Translations under genes and position numbers: made by a program
The notes under the pieces: generated by a model
Seen by the model: only the letters and a program-made list of their open reading frames with translations
The model's database searches: none
Told to the model about the DNA's origin: nothing
In this document: piece by piece, positions 24,117 through 34,787 of the stretch
Position numbering within the stretch: position 1 is the stretch's first letter
Layout: each line of letters starts with the position of its first letter
Source: Oscillospiraceae bacterium
GTDB taxonomy: Bacteria; Bacillota; Clostridia; Oscillospirales; Acutalibacteraceae
Length of the DNA: 64,000 bases
Direction: 5' to 3'
Assembly: GCA_031268405.1 (NCBI GenBank)
Contig: JAIRXF010000009.1
Coordinates: forward strand, 21,053 to 85,052

Positions 24117-24523
24117 ATTCAACATGTTTTACAGCGAGTTGCAAAATTTTATTGGAGTTAAAGTTTTTGTTGTTTATTAATTTTAAGTACAGCTGTGTTT
24201 GAAATATTATCACAAGAACCACCATTAGCTTTTGCCACAATTTCCCCAATCTTCGACAATGCTGTCTTAACAATATTCCCGTAACACATGCTTGAACCTT
24301 GGTATTTTTAAAAGTTTTTGTTGTCCGAGTTGGGTGGTTTGTGTTAGTCTTTTTTGCAATTAATTGATTTGAATTTTAATTAAGTTTTGACAGTATATTT
24401 GACAGTATAATAGTTTTAGATCAGAATCCAATTAACAACCCACGATGCGAAAGTGAAGTTACTGATTTTGTGGTGAATTTAAAACCTCAAACTTTCGCAC
24501 CGGCATACATAAAGGGGAGCAAG

Positions 24524-25645
24524 ATGAGAGTATTACTAGCTGGGGGTGGCACAGCGGGCCATATTAACCCCGCAATTGCAATAGGAAATTTTATAAAAAA
24601 AATGGAACAAGATGCTAAAATTTTATACGTTGGGGCAAAGGGAAGTATGGAAGAACGATTAGTTCCAGAAGCCGGATTTGATTTTAGAGCAATAGGAATA
24701 TCGGGGTTTGACAGGAAAATCAATCTGCAATCCATCAAAAAAAATATCTTAACATTAAAAAGAATAATCACATCATCATTAGAATCCAAAAAAATAATAA
24801 GTAATTTTTTACCCGATATTTGTATTGGAACGGGCGGATATGTAAGTGGACCTGTTTTGAGAATCGCATCTAAAATGGGATTTAAAACTCTTATACACGA
24901 GCAAAATGCTTTGCCCGGAATGACCACCAAAATGCTTTCTTCGACAGTTAATTGCGTGATGCTTGCCACTGAAGTTGCCAAAAATCACTTGAGTAGGAAT
25001 ATTAATATTAGAGTAACGGGGAACCCAATTCGTGAAGAAATAATATTGTCACGAAAAGAACAATCAAAAAAAATGCTAAAACTTGATGAAAGGCCGGTTA
25101 TTTTATCTTTTGGAGGAAGTTTAGGATCCGATAAAATAAATACCGTGATGGCGGGTGTTATTGCTCATAACGTACAAAATGGCAATAGATATCAACATGT
25201 TCATGCCTACGGACGGTACAATGATGAGTTTTTACATTTTTTAAAAGATAAAGGCGTTGAACCTGCGAAGTATAAAAATATTCGAGTGGAAAAATATATA
25301 GATATGCCCCATTATCTTGCTGCGTCAGACCTTGTTATTTCAAGATCTGGGGCAATTACCGTAAGCGAATTGCAGGCCGCTGGAAAACCGTCGATTTTGA
25401 TACCCTCCCCGAATGTATCGGGAAATCATCAATATCACAATGCGATGGAATTGGTCAACAGAAAAGCAGCTAAGCTCATAGAAGAAAAAAATTTAACAGA
25501 ATCTTATTTGTTAGAAATTGTAGAAAAAATGTTTTCGGATAAAAGTGTGTTAAAATTTTTTTCCGAAAACTCTCAAAAAATGGCAATATTGGATGCAGAT
25601 AAGAGAATTTATGAAATAATTAAAGAAACATTGGATCCTCGTTAA
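24524..25645 (+). CDS. murG: UDP-N-acetylglucosamine--N-acetylmuramyl-(pentapeptide) pyrophosphoryl-undecaprenol GlcNAc transferase
   Basis: MRVLLAGGGTAGHINPAIAI, GTGGYVSGP, HEQNALPG and SRSGAITVSELQAAGKPSILIP. Confidence 0.92.
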   Translation: MRVLLAGGGTAGHINPAIAIGNFIKKMEQDAKILYVGAKGSMEERLVPEAGFDFRAIGISGFDRKINLQSIKKNILTLKRIITSSLESKKIISNFLPDICIGTGGYVSGPVLRIASKMGFKTLIHEQNALPGMTTKMLSSTVNCVMLATEVAKNHLSRNINIRVTGNPIREEIILSRKEQSKKMLKLDERPVILSFGGSLGSDKINTVMAGVIAHNVQNGNRYQHVHAYGRYNDEFLHFLKDKGVEPAKYKNIRVEKYIDMPHYLAASDLVISRSGAITVSELQAAGKPSILIPSPNVSGNHQYHNAMELVNRKAAKLIEEKNLTESYLLEIVEKMFSDKSVLKFFSENSQKMAILDADKRIYEIIKETLDPR

Positions 25646-25673
25646 TAATAAAATTCGCAAACATTAATATATT

Positions 25674-26054
25674 TTATTTTTTTGCATCTTTTTTGCTGTT
25701 TTTATTATCGAACCATTGAGAAATTCCCATTAATATAAACACAGCGCCAAATATCTTGGACAATAAAACCTGATCAACAAAATTGCCTATGTAAAAACCC
25801 CAAAATGTTCCCGCCACGCCAGATACCACAAGCGGAATTGCTGTTTTGTAGGATATGAGTTTCTTTTTTACATAAATTGATATTGCAATTGTAGCTACTG
25901 GAATAAAAAACAATAAACTAATACCCTGAGAAGTTCTTTGTGAAACTCCCGTGAAAATTGTAAGATAAACTATTAAAATTCCGTTTCCCCCAACCCCCAT
26001 AGCTGCAAACATTCCCGCTAAAATCGCAGGAATTATACATTTAATATCGCTCAT
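25674..26054 (-). CDS. half-size TSUP (TauE/SafE-like) membrane protein, C-terminal-repeat type
   Basis: 126 aa with 4 TM helices and a GVGGNGILIV motif. Its ATG overlaps the upstream stop (ATGA at 26054-26051). Confidence 0.7.
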   Translation of the reverse strand: MSDIKCIIPAILAGMFAAMGVGGNGILIVYLTIFTGVSQRTSQGISLLFFIPVATIAISIYVKKKLISYKTAIPLVVSGVAGTFWGFYIGNFVDQVLLSKIFGAVFILMGISQWFDNKNSKKDAKK

Positions 26055-26404
26055 TTAAATAACATCCTGGCTCCCGCAAAAATAATAAAGATGGAAAATA
26101 TTTTTCTCAAAATTTTTTGATTTATATGTGAAAGTATTATTGTACCCAAAACAGCCCCGGGAATTCCATAAATTATATATGGCAAAGCATCAAACATATC
26201 AAACTGACCGTTAATCAAATAAAGAAAGGTGCTGGAGATGCACACAAAAAATACGATGAACACCGATGTGGCGTGAGAATTTTTCTCCTCCATATCGTAG
26301 TATTTCTCTAGAACCGGTACTATCACATTTCCACTACCAGCGCCCAGCATTCCATTTAGTAATCCCGCCAGCAATCCCGTTAGAAAGAGAAAAATTTTTT
26401 TCAA
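26051..26404 (-). CDS. half-size TSUP (TauE/SafE-like) membrane protein, N-terminal-repeat type
   Basis: 117 aa with 4 TM helices and an LGAGSGNVIVPVL motif. Translationally coupled to 25674-26054. Confidence 0.7.
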   Translation of the reverse strand: MKKIFLFLTGLLAGLLNGMLGAGSGNVIVPVLEKYYDMEEKNSHATSVFIVFFVCISSTFLYLINGQFDMFDALPYIIYGIPGAVLGTIILSHINQKILRKIFSIFIIFAGARMLFK

Positions 26405-26443
26405 AATTCGTGATCCCCCTCGTATAAATTACCCATCAAGCCT

Positions 26444-26704
26444 TCAAGATTCGCCCCCTATTTCGATTTCGTCAGCCTCGTTCATTTCATTTGTAGAGGG
26501 AGAATTTTTCCAATCTTTGTTAAAATCACAATTGCAAAATTTTCCCCTGCAACGCAAATGGCACTTGCAATCCACTTCGGTTGTTTTGTACAAAGCGTAA
26601 ATTGCTGTGGCTAAGCCCAATAAAATAACTGATGCGCAGATCCCCCCGCTGTTATTTTTCCTACTGCTTCTCTCCATAATATCTGCTAAATCTTTGATAA
26701 ACAT
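26444..26704 (-). CDS. hypothetical single-TM protein with Cys-rich C-terminal segment (CKCHLRCRGKFCNCD)
   Basis: An 86-aa ORF with one hydrophobic helix and 6 Cys within 18 residues after it. No family recognised. Confidence 0.4.
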   Translation of the reverse strand: MFIKDLADIMERSSRKNNSGGICASVILLGLATAIYALYKTTEVDCKCHLRCRGKFCNCDFNKDWKNSPSTNEMNEADEIEIGGES

Positions 26705-26728
26705 TGTAATTCCCCCCCAATTTTAAAG

Positions 26729-26962
26729 CTAATTATTTGCATCCGATGACTTTAGAAATAACAGTAAAGTCACCGACAGAATCGCAAGTGTTGTTATTCT
26801 AATAAAAACGTTTAAAAATCTAAGTTGCCTTCTTTTATCAAACCCTTTCATTTCTTTTGACATTAAAGATTTTAGATTAGAGGTTGTGCGTCCGGCTTTA
26901 TTAACGGTACTTTTGTATTTTTTTCTAAGATTTTTAGCAATCTTTTTGTTTACTTTCAACAT
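26729..26962 (-). CDS. hypothetical basic tail-anchored small protein
   Basis: A 77-aa ORF with a very basic N-terminal 50 aa and one C-terminal TM helix. Confidence 0.35.
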   Translation of the reverse strand: MLKVNKKIAKNLRKKYKSTVNKAGRTTSNLKSLMSKEMKGFDKRRQLRFLNVFIRITTLAILSVTLLLFLKSSDANN

Positions 26963-27204
26963 TTTTTAATTCTCCTTGTTAAAATAGCAATCCCTATAAT
27001 CAAGATTACTTCTCTTCAGTATCCCCCCATTTTTTTCAAAAATACTTAAAAATATTTGTCAAATAAACATTTTGGTGTTTGTTTAAATTTTATGTTTTTG
27101 AGATTATTTTGGTTCTAATTATATTAAGTTATCGAGGTTTAAATATACTTTTTTATATCAAAATCTTAAAGTTTTTTATAATTTTCAGAAAGATTTTATT
27201 ATTT

Positions 27205-28467
27205 CTAATTAAAAACCTTCATAACGTTGGCTACTTCGGGTTGAGTTCTTTTATCAATCAAGCTATCAAAAGAAAATAGCATAAAACCATCGCAGTTAAT
27301 TTTTCTACCATATTCTACCTGATTTGTCAATATATCGTTTTTTCTTTTCCAGGTTCCATTATCAACGGGGCTTCCCGCCTTATAAACCCCCAATCCCAAA
27401 TAAAGTTTAACATCTTCCCCCTTTACAATTTCACGCCATTTATTAGATGTTTTATCAAAAGGGAATGTTGGATGTTCAAAATTTACGTAAACCTGAGGGC
27501 ACAAATAATCCACATATCCCTTCTTGCTTCCCCATAAAATTACGTCGGCCCCAACAGACAAATCATACTCAATATTGCATCGAGGGGATATTCCCAACTG
27601 AATATCTTTATTTATAGATTTTATCGAACTGTAAATTCCAGAGACCACTGAATTTATATTGGCTTTTCTGAATTCCGACAAATTTAAGGGGCTGCTGGTT
27701 TGCTGTACGGTTTTTAAATATTTTCCATAGGAAGCTTCATCAAATTCTTTTTTTTCGGTGGGATAAAAATAATCGTCAAGATGAAGCCCATCTATTTCAT
27801 AATTCTCGGCTATTTCTTTTGCCCCTTGTATAATTAATTTTCGAACTTCCGATGAAGCTGGATTGTAAAACTTTTCCCCCCTCCAATCAATTACGTTTAA
27901 ATTGGAATTTTCATCCGAATCTTTTTCCCATTTAACACTCGGATTATTATTACTCAGCGACCCTGGAATTTTGCCCGACTGTACGCGAAAAGGGTTTATC
28001 CACGCGTGGATTTTCATTTCATTTTCATGCGCCGCTTTCACCATGTAATCAAGCGGATCGTATCCCGGATCCTTACCTTGTTCTCCCGTTAAAAGATGGG
28101 ACCAGGGAAAAATTTTAGACTTATACATGGCATCGCTGTGAGATCTAACATGAACCACTAAGGTATTAATGTGGTGTGATTTTGATTCTTTAATTATTTT
28201 GTCAAAACGTTCCTTAAAAGATTCTTTATTTTTTTGTTTATCGCCACTCATATCAAGACTAGTAAATGGCACCCAAACCGCACGCATTTCTCCCTTCGGA
28301 ACGGTTTCCCTTGGAACGATGGGTTTTTCTTCAATTAAATTATTTTGTTTTTTGTCTTTTTCAACAACTCTATTAAGATGAGAGAACGTCACCATAAAAA
28401 TTAAAGTGCCGACTGCGATTATAATCGGAAGTGTTTTAAAAATTTTTCTACCAAATTTTACAAACAA
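27205..28467 (-). CDS. glycoside-hydrolase-like family 10 (GHL10 / YngK-YddW-like) protein, membrane anchored
   Basis: EMRAVWVPF, HAWINPFR and DGLHLDDYFYP motifs. TTG start after GGGGGAG. Confidence 0.7.
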   Translation of the reverse strand: MFVKFGRKIFKTLPIIIAVGTLIFMVTFSHLNRVVEKDKKQNNLIEEKPIVPRETVPKGEMRAVWVPFTSLDMSGDKQKNKESFKERFDKIIKESKSHHINTLVVHVRSHSDAMYKSKIFPWSHLLTGEQGKDPGYDPLDYMVKAAHENEMKIHAWINPFRVQSGKIPGSLSNNNPSVKWEKDSDENSNLNVIDWRGEKFYNPASSEVRKLIIQGAKEIAENYEIDGLHLDDYFYPTEKKEFDEASYGKYLKTVQQTSSPLNLSEFRKANINSVVSGIYSSIKSINKDIQLGISPRCNIEYDLSVGADVILWGSKKGYVDYLCPQVYVNFEHPTFPFDKTSNKWREIVKGEDVKLYLGLGVYKAGSPVDNGTWKRKNDILTNQVEYGRKINCDGFMLFSFDSLIDKRTQPEVANVMKVFN

Positions 28468-29226
28468 AAGTATTCTCCCCCTATTGATATTTTCCTAACG
28501 AAATCTTTGGTTCGTTTTTTAATTAGACAAATTTTAAATATTTTTTAAAAATTTATATCAATAAGCTATTTTATTAATTGCGAGAAAATATTAGACTTAC
28601 CACGAGCTAGCTTTTTTGATATTAAAAAAGCTAGCCCCTCAATTATTAACGCATCGGACAGAACGACTGTTCGTTACTTTTAGGGTTTTGTTATGTACGA
28701 TTTCAAATAATTATTAAGTATTTGCGACAATGCGCAATCTCACCCTGATAAGATTAAAAATTTTAACAACGATGCTCAAAAAAACGAAAATATCATTAAA
28801 ATTCAACCAGAGATTTGAACAATAAAGTGATTTGAATATTTAGATGCGATAAAGGGCCACAAAAATCTTTAGATATTTTAAGAGAATTTTCAAAATATTA
28901 TTTCCACAAGAAAAACTATATATTGTTGATTATAGACGAAAATTCTTGTTTTTATCAAAACAAAGAAGGCCAACAAAGGCCCCGACAAATTTCGCACCTC
29001 CAATAATTGAATTTGTGTGCGAAGAAATTACATGTAAAGTAAATAGAAACCGTGAAGATTATAAAAAGCGTTTGAAACAAAAAGATGAGATAATTAGAAG
29101 GGCTTAAATTTAAATCAGAATCACTTTGCATAAGACAAAAATCTTAGGTTTTATTTCTCCCGATATCTGAAAAACATAATAGTTATTTGTGTTTTTGTAT
29201 TAAATTCCAATTTGTGGCTCTTACAT

Positions 29227-30150
29227 TTATGTTTTGAGATTGAACGGTGTTTGATCGAGCAAATCAAGGTGCGCTTTGGGTGTTTTTTTTAGTTCTCTAA
29301 ATATAGCGTTACTCAGTTTTGCAAATCCCTCAATACATATATTTTCCGCCCTAGCAAGAGGCGAAATTTGCGATTTCTCAAGAGCCCTCAATATTTGTTG
29401 TTTTGAAAAATTAGTTCTTGTAACCAGAGGATTTTTAATGGCTTTCCTTCTTTCCAAAAACCCCACCCTTATTATCTCGAAGAATAGTTTTTCACTTTTT
29501 ATTTTAAGAAATGGATTATTTCTTATTTTTAATCTAATAACAGAAGAATCAACTTTTGGTATCGGAAAAAAATTCCCCCTGGATACATTAAATAAAATCT
29601 TAGGTTCCGAAAAATATTCCACACTCGCGCTGATTGCGCCGCAATTGCGGGTGCCAACTTTAGAGCAAATTCTTTTTGCTGCCTCTTTTTGCACCATCAC
29701 AACAACTGCTTTAATTGGAATTCTTTCTTCCAAAAGCCTCATGATTATTGGTGAGGTTATAGAGTACGGTAAATTTGCACAAACCACGATATTGGCACCC
29801 GAAAATTCTTCGTAAATCATTCTTTTAATATCTAATTTTAATATATCTCCCTGAATTACTTTCGTATTTTTAAGCTTTTTCAAAGCTGTGTCCAGCACAC
29901 AAACAAGTCTTTTATCCAGTTCTACGGCCACAACTTTTTTGGACACTTTAGCAAGCTCAAAGGTTAATGCCCCCATGCCCGGTCCAATTTCAATAACACT
30001 TGTTTGATTATCTATCTGGGAAAAATAAGCTATTTTAGAGCAAATATTTTTATTTGTTAAAAAATTTTGTCCCATAAGTTTTGAGGCCCTAAAATTGTGC
30101 TCGGACATAGTTTGTTTTATAGATTTCAAGTTGCAAAGATTATCTTCCAT
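29227..30150 (-). CDS. rsmA: 16S rRNA (adenine1518/1519-N6)-dimethyltransferase
   Basis: KLMGQNFL, the SAM motif VIEIGPGMGALT, and NLPYSITSPI. Confidence 0.92.
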   Translation of the reverse strand: MEDNLCNLKSIKQTMSEHNFRASKLMGQNFLTNKNICSKIAYFSQIDNQTSVIEIGPGMGALTFELAKVSKKVVAVELDKRLVCVLDTALKKLKNTKVIQGDILKLDIKRMIYEEFSGANIVVCANLPYSITSPIIMRLLEERIPIKAVVVMVQKEAAKRICSKVGTRNCGAISASVEYFSEPKILFNVSRGNFFPIPKVDSSVIRLKIRNNPFLKIKSEKLFFEIIRVGFLERRKAIKNPLVTRTNFSKQQILRALEKSQISPLARAENICIEGFAKLSNAIFRELKKTPKAHLDLLDQTPFNLKT

Positions 30151-30208
30151 ATACTCTATTTTAACATTTTATGCGCAAAATTAAAAGTAAAACTTCTTGG
30201 AACTGTTT

Positions 30209-32767
30209 TTAAATATTATCATTTCTCAAAATGTCAATGATATTTTCTTTTTTAATTTTGGAGCTCGCATAAATCATAGAAAGTAAAATTAGTAAAAATA
30301 CACTAGAAATGCCTATCGCAATGCTTAAAATATCCAAGGAAAAGGGAAATTCAAATTTTTTAGATAGGAGTTCGTGTATTAATTTTAGTACAACAAACGA
30401 AAGAGAGAGACCATAAATCAAAGTTTTCATTCCATAAAAAAAGCTTTCGTAATATATCATTTTGTTAAAAGATTTATTTGTCATACCCACACTCTTTAAG
30501 CCGGCAAACTCTCGTTTTCTTAAAGATACACTTGTGGAAATTGTATTAAAAACATTAGTTGCAGAAATCAACGAAATCAAAGCAGTGAACGCATAAAAAA
30601 CAAGCTTTGAGATAAGAACTGCGTTTCCCGATTTCAGTGCGTTTATCAAATTATTTTGGTGTTGAACCAGACTGCCCATCTGACTCATTTCTTCATCAAA
30701 TTCATAGAGTAAATCTTCGTTAGTTTTGTATTTATCGTGAAGCGTTGCAAATATTTTTAAATCCAATATGCCTCCCAATTTATTGGAACGCCCCTTTATA
30801 TTTATATCATTTAAAATTTTTTCGAATACTTTTTTAGATACTATGACTTCGGGGTTTTGTTTATCAGCGATAGCCGAAGAATTAAACAACCCCCTTGAAG
30901 GGAAACAACCTACTTCGATTTCAAAACTTGCCTCCCCATTAATTTCTCCCGTATCGGAGTAAAGTTTGTGTTTGGCATTTACTTTTTTACCCACCCCAAT
31001 GTTGTATATTTCTCCTTCGATTATTTTTTCATTTTCTACTTCTCTGAATTTGTTCAGAAAAATACCTTTTATTTTAGTTGTATCATTAAAATCACTGGGG
31101 CTAAGACCAATGTTTTTTAGATATTCTTCAAAAACTTCATCATCAAAGCATTGCAGACTAATATAGTACGAATGTTTTGTTGACAAACTAAACCTATCAA
31201 CACTTTTTTTAAAAGATTCCTTGAGCACAGATTCATCCAACTCGAGAAAAAGACTTCTTCGTACAAATGTATCTTTGACAGCATCCAGAGATTTTAAATC
31301 CGCGACAACGTCTTTTATTGTAGCTTCTTCAGAAGTTGCTACGTCCACTTTTTGTGGTGTGACATTCAAATCACAGATCTCATCTGGTGAAGCAATCGAC
31401 ATAGATTTCTCTAAAAAATTTAAAAATCCACTAAATACTATAAAAAGAAACAGACTGGTAACTAGAGATACTAAAATAGTAAAATATTTTCGCTTGTTTC
31501 TTTTAAGATTTTTAAGAGCCAACGTGCCTTCAAAACCAAAAATTTTCTGAATTATCCAAGAGGTTTTCACATTTCTCTTGCTTAGCTTAATATTATGATT
31601 TTGCCTAATTAAATTTATATAAGTAAATTTTGAAAATTTAAGAATAGGCATTATGCAAGAAATAAAAATTGTGAATAAAGACATAAGAATGGCATTTAAA
31701 AAGGTAAGGGGAGAAATAATCAAATCTACATCTTGAAAAGAATATCCCCTTACTATGGAATTTATTGTACCCAAAAGTCCCCAAACACCCAGAACGCCAA
31801 TCGTCAACCCCATTGGAATTGCCAGAAGGCTCATAAAAATGGCTTCAAAAAGAACTAAAGAGATTTTTTGATTGTTGGTTGCACCAATACTTGAAATAAT
31901 TCCAATATCTTGTGAGCGTTCGGAGACAGATATTGAAAACGAATTATATATCAAGAGAACCGAAGTCAATAAAATTATACCGACCACCGATACTATGATA
32001 CTCCTAATAATCGCATCCCCCAATGGATCCCTGAAATTACTACTCATAGTGTGGGGCTGATTCAAATCTTTCTCCAGTTTTTTAATCTTCTCCTTGCTAT
32101 CATCACTTGAATCTTTGACGCAAATGCGAATGTTAAATTGTTCGGAACTATGCACTTTATTTTCATCAAGATATCCCAAAAGATCGTAAATATAGCCCCC
32201 TTTTTTACTTAAAATGCCAACTATTTTATATTCAACTTCTCCTATTTTTTCCAAGCTCTCGTCTTTTTTAATAAGTTTAACAGTGTCGCCAACGTTGAAA
32301 GATTTACCCCTTTGTTTCACAAACCATCGTGGCACTATAATTTCATTGGAATTTTGCGGAATATCCCCCGTTTCCAGGTGAATCTTTGCTGCTTCCAGGA
32401 CGGGTTTACTGGCTTTAATCAAACAATGCCTGCTGTATTCACCACTTTGCAGATCTGGATATATTCCCACCAATTTGTTGGCTTTTTCGTCGAACTCCCT
32501 ATTCCTGGAAATATTGTAAGATGTTACTACAGAATTTTTGGTTATTTTTTCGATATTTTCGCAGTTAATGTTTGAGAAGTCAAAGTTCGATTCGCCGCCA
32601 AAATTTGATTGTTTCCGTGTTTTTTCAATGTTTACCAGGAAAGAATCCATAAGCGTAAAAAACGAAGTAAACATAGAGATAGAAAGTATAATTCCCAATA
32701 AAGTGACGAGAGTTCTTTTTTTGTTGAGCTTCAAATACCTTAAAGTTATGTGCGCCAATATATTCAT
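30209..32767 (-). CDS. ABC transporter permease with two FtsX/MacB-type domains
   Basis: Likely start MNILAHITLRYLKLNKKRT at 32767. It has two 4-TM FtsX modules separated by a large soluble region, and lies downstream of the ATPase gene. Confidence 0.85.
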   Translation of the reverse strand: MNILAHITLRYLKLNKKRTLVTLLGIILSISMFTSFFTLMDSFLVNIEKTRKQSNFGGESNFDFSNINCENIEKITKNSVVTSYNISRNREFDEKANKLVGIYPDLQSGEYSRHCLIKASKPVLEAAKIHLETGDIPQNSNEIIVPRWFVKQRGKSFNVGDTVKLIKKDESLEKIGEVEYKIVGILSKKGGYIYDLLGYLDENKVHSSEQFNIRICVKDSSDDSKEKIKKLEKDLNQPHTMSSNFRDPLGDAIIRSIIVSVVGIILLTSVLLIYNSFSISVSERSQDIGIISSIGATNNQKISLVLFEAIFMSLLAIPMGLTIGVLGVWGLLGTINSIVRGYSFQDVDLIISPLTFLNAILMSLFTIFISCIMPILKFSKFTYINLIRQNHNIKLSKRNVKTSWIIQKIFGFEGTLALKNLKRNKRKYFTILVSLVTSLFLFIVFSGFLNFLEKSMSIASPDEICDLNVTPQKVDVATSEEATIKDVVADLKSLDAVKDTFVRRSLFLELDESVLKESFKKSVDRFSLSTKHSYYISLQCFDDEVFEEYLKNIGLSPSDFNDTTKIKGIFLNKFREVENEKIIEGEIYNIGVGKKVNAKHKLYSDTGEINGEASFEIEVGCFPSRGLFNSSAIADKQNPEVIVSKKVFEKILNDINIKGRSNKLGGILDLKIFATLHDKYKTNEDLLYEFDEEMSQMGSLVQHQNNLINALKSGNAVLISKLVFYAFTALISLISATNVFNTISTSVSLRKREFAGLKSVGMTNKSFNKMIYYESFFYGMKTLIYGLSLSFVVLKLIHELLSKKFEFPFSLDILSIAIGISSVFLLILLSMIYASSKIKKENIIDILRNDNI

Positions 32768-32795
32768 ATTACGACTTCTCAATTCTATCAAAAAT

Positions 32796-33473
32796 TTAAT
32801 TACTTTTTTCTTCCGCAATTTTTCCATCTGCCACAGTAATGACTCTACCAACTTGATTTGAAATTTTTTCATCGTGAGTGACGATTATTATGGTTTGATT
32901 AAAGTCGTGATTGCATTTTTTAAATAAATTCAAGATTTGCGCACTGTTCTTGCTATCAAGATTCCCGGTTGGTTCGTCGGCCAAAATAATACTGGGGTTG
33001 TTGATTAAAGCTCTGCCTATTGATACCCTTTGTTGTTCTCCTCCTGAGAGCTGATTGGGGAGATGATTAATTCTCTTTTCTAACCCCAGGACCTCAATTA
33101 TTTCATTAAATTTTTGCTCATCTACCTTATTTTTACCGAGTAAAATTGGCAAACAAATGTTTTCCTTGACGGTCAAAACCGGTATTAAATTATAAAACTG
33201 ATAGACAAAACCCATTTTATTTCGCCTAAAGACAGCCAATTTATTTTGATTCAGGGAGAGCAAATCCTCGCCATCTACCGTGATGCTACCAGAAGTTGGT
33301 TTATCGATTCCGCCGATGCTATAAAGAAGCGTGGATTTGCCGGAACCAGAGGCGCCTATTACTGCTACAAATTCCCCTCTATCTACAGAGAAAGATATTC
33401 CATCCAGTGCTATAGTTTGAGTTTCTTTTTTTCCATAAGTTTTTCGCAAGTTTTCAACTTTTAAAATTTCCAT
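32796..33473 (-). CDS. ABC transporter ATP-binding protein (MacB/LolD-like)
   Basis: Walker A GASGSGKST, signature LSGGEQQR and Walker B ILADEPTGNLD. Confidence 0.92.
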   Translation of the reverse strand: MEILKVENLRKTYGKKETQTIALDGISFSVDRGEFVAVIGASGSGKSTLLYSIGGIDKPTSGSITVDGEDLLSLNQNKLAVFRRNKMGFVYQFYNLIPVLTVKENICLPILLGKNKVDEQKFNEIIEVLGLEKRINHLPNQLSGGEQQRVSIGRALINNPSIILADEPTGNLDSKNSAQILNLFKKCNHDFNQTIIIVTHDEKISNQVGRVITVADGKIAEEKSN

Positions 33474-34073
33474 TGTTTTTGAGTTGCCTCCACATGCTTT
33501 CACGTAATTACAGGGTTAAATTTTTATTAAATTTAGAGATTGTAAAAATCCGATGTCACAGTAAAGTTAACAATAAATATCCCCGTGCATCCCCACACTG
33601 CACCGTATTTGTACATTTAACCACATTTAATTCCAAAAGTCAAGTAATACAAGTAATAATTAAAAATGTGTAAAATAAAACGAAAAGACACTTGAAAAAT
33701 ATTTGGATAGTGTTAGGATTACTTTTTAGAGAGGCTTATTGTGATACCGAACTCGACGTGAGTTTGGTGAATATTTTATTGCGATTGACTTGATTTTTTT
33801 GAAGTTCATGTTAGAATCGGTATTTAGGGGTAATTAGCAGCGTGCAAGATAGGTTTCTAGCGCACTTATTGTTGTATGAATGTCTAATTGATTTACGATG
33901 TTTTGTTTTGAAGTTTTTCAGTGGTTGATTGCTTATGGTCTCTAAAACAAATAAGGACGATTGATTTTGTTTATGTAATTGTGTTTTGAGCTCGGCATGA
34001 GTTGCCGTTTGAAGATGATGATGTGTTGCAATATTGTTGGTTCGACCGAAGTATGAAAGTGGGGGAAAGAAGA

Positions 34074-34358
34074 ATGAACAAGGCAGATTTGATTGCGTCT
34101 GTGTCAAGCAAGAGCAAACTTAGTCGCAAGGATTCCGAAAAGGCGGTTTCAGCATTTATTGAGTCGGTTGTGAAATCAGTCAGTAAAGGCGAGAAAGTAC
34201 AGCTTATTGGATTTGGGACGTTTGATGTTCGGCATAGAGCGGAAAGAAAAGGAAGGGACCCGCGCACCAATAAAACTATCACCATCAAAGCATCCAAAGC
34301 TCCCGTGTTCAAAGCAGGAAAGCAATTTAAAGAAGCTGTGTCATCAAAACACAAATAA
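34074..34358 (+). CDS. hup: DNA-binding protein HU
   Basis: MNKADLIASVSSKS...GFGTFDVRHRAERKGRDPRTNKTITIKASKAPVFKAGK. Confidence 0.93.
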   Translation: MNKADLIASVSSKSKLSRKDSEKAVSAFIESVVKSVSKGEKVQLIGFGTFDVRHRAERKGRDPRTNKTITIKASKAPVFKAGKQFKEAVSSKHK

Positions 34359-34787
34359 ACCCAGATGATTATTGCCCAACATGCTGTTGGTCCTTGCGTG
34401 GACTTAGTTGAGAGTTTGCGTTTTAGAGCTGATTGGTCAAGGTAAGAGCGCTATATTTTAGTTTTTATCAGATTTGCGTATATTGTTTTGCGTCGCTTGA
34501 TAATATGCGTTTGGTTTTATTCCAAATTGTTGGGCGTGTTGTAATTATTTAAGATTGTTGAGCGCAAGTGTATATTTTGTTTTTGCTCGTTTTCCAAGAA
34601 AGTTTAGTGTGTTTGTTTTTAGCTTGCTTACGAATTTATTTGTTAGTTGATTCCGATGAGTTTTGCCCCGAGTGGTGTTTGATGCAATGAGTTTAGATGA
34701 GTTTTTGCGCTTGATTTATTGCGAGTTTTGTTGCGATTTATTTTAAGCAATGCTTTGATTCGTAGATTTCTGATTCTTAAAATTTGT

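Noticed and set aside
24158-24289. A 43-aa minus-strand ORF (MCYGNIVKTALSKIGEIVAKANGGSCDNISNTAVLKINKQQKL) in a locally C-richer patch between the PHP gene and murG.
   Set aside because: It has only a weak AAGG RBS, no recognisable family, and its internal GG is not in a canonical leader context. It could be real but is unsupported without conservation data.
24387-24411. The direct repeat TTGACAGTATA-T-TTGACAGTATA-AT upstream of murG, considered as a sigma-A promoter.
   Set aside because: The first TTGACA is only 13 nt from the TATAAT (24406-24411), too short for a standard -35/-10 pair. I kept it only as a note that it may be a regulator site or an overlapping promoter pair.
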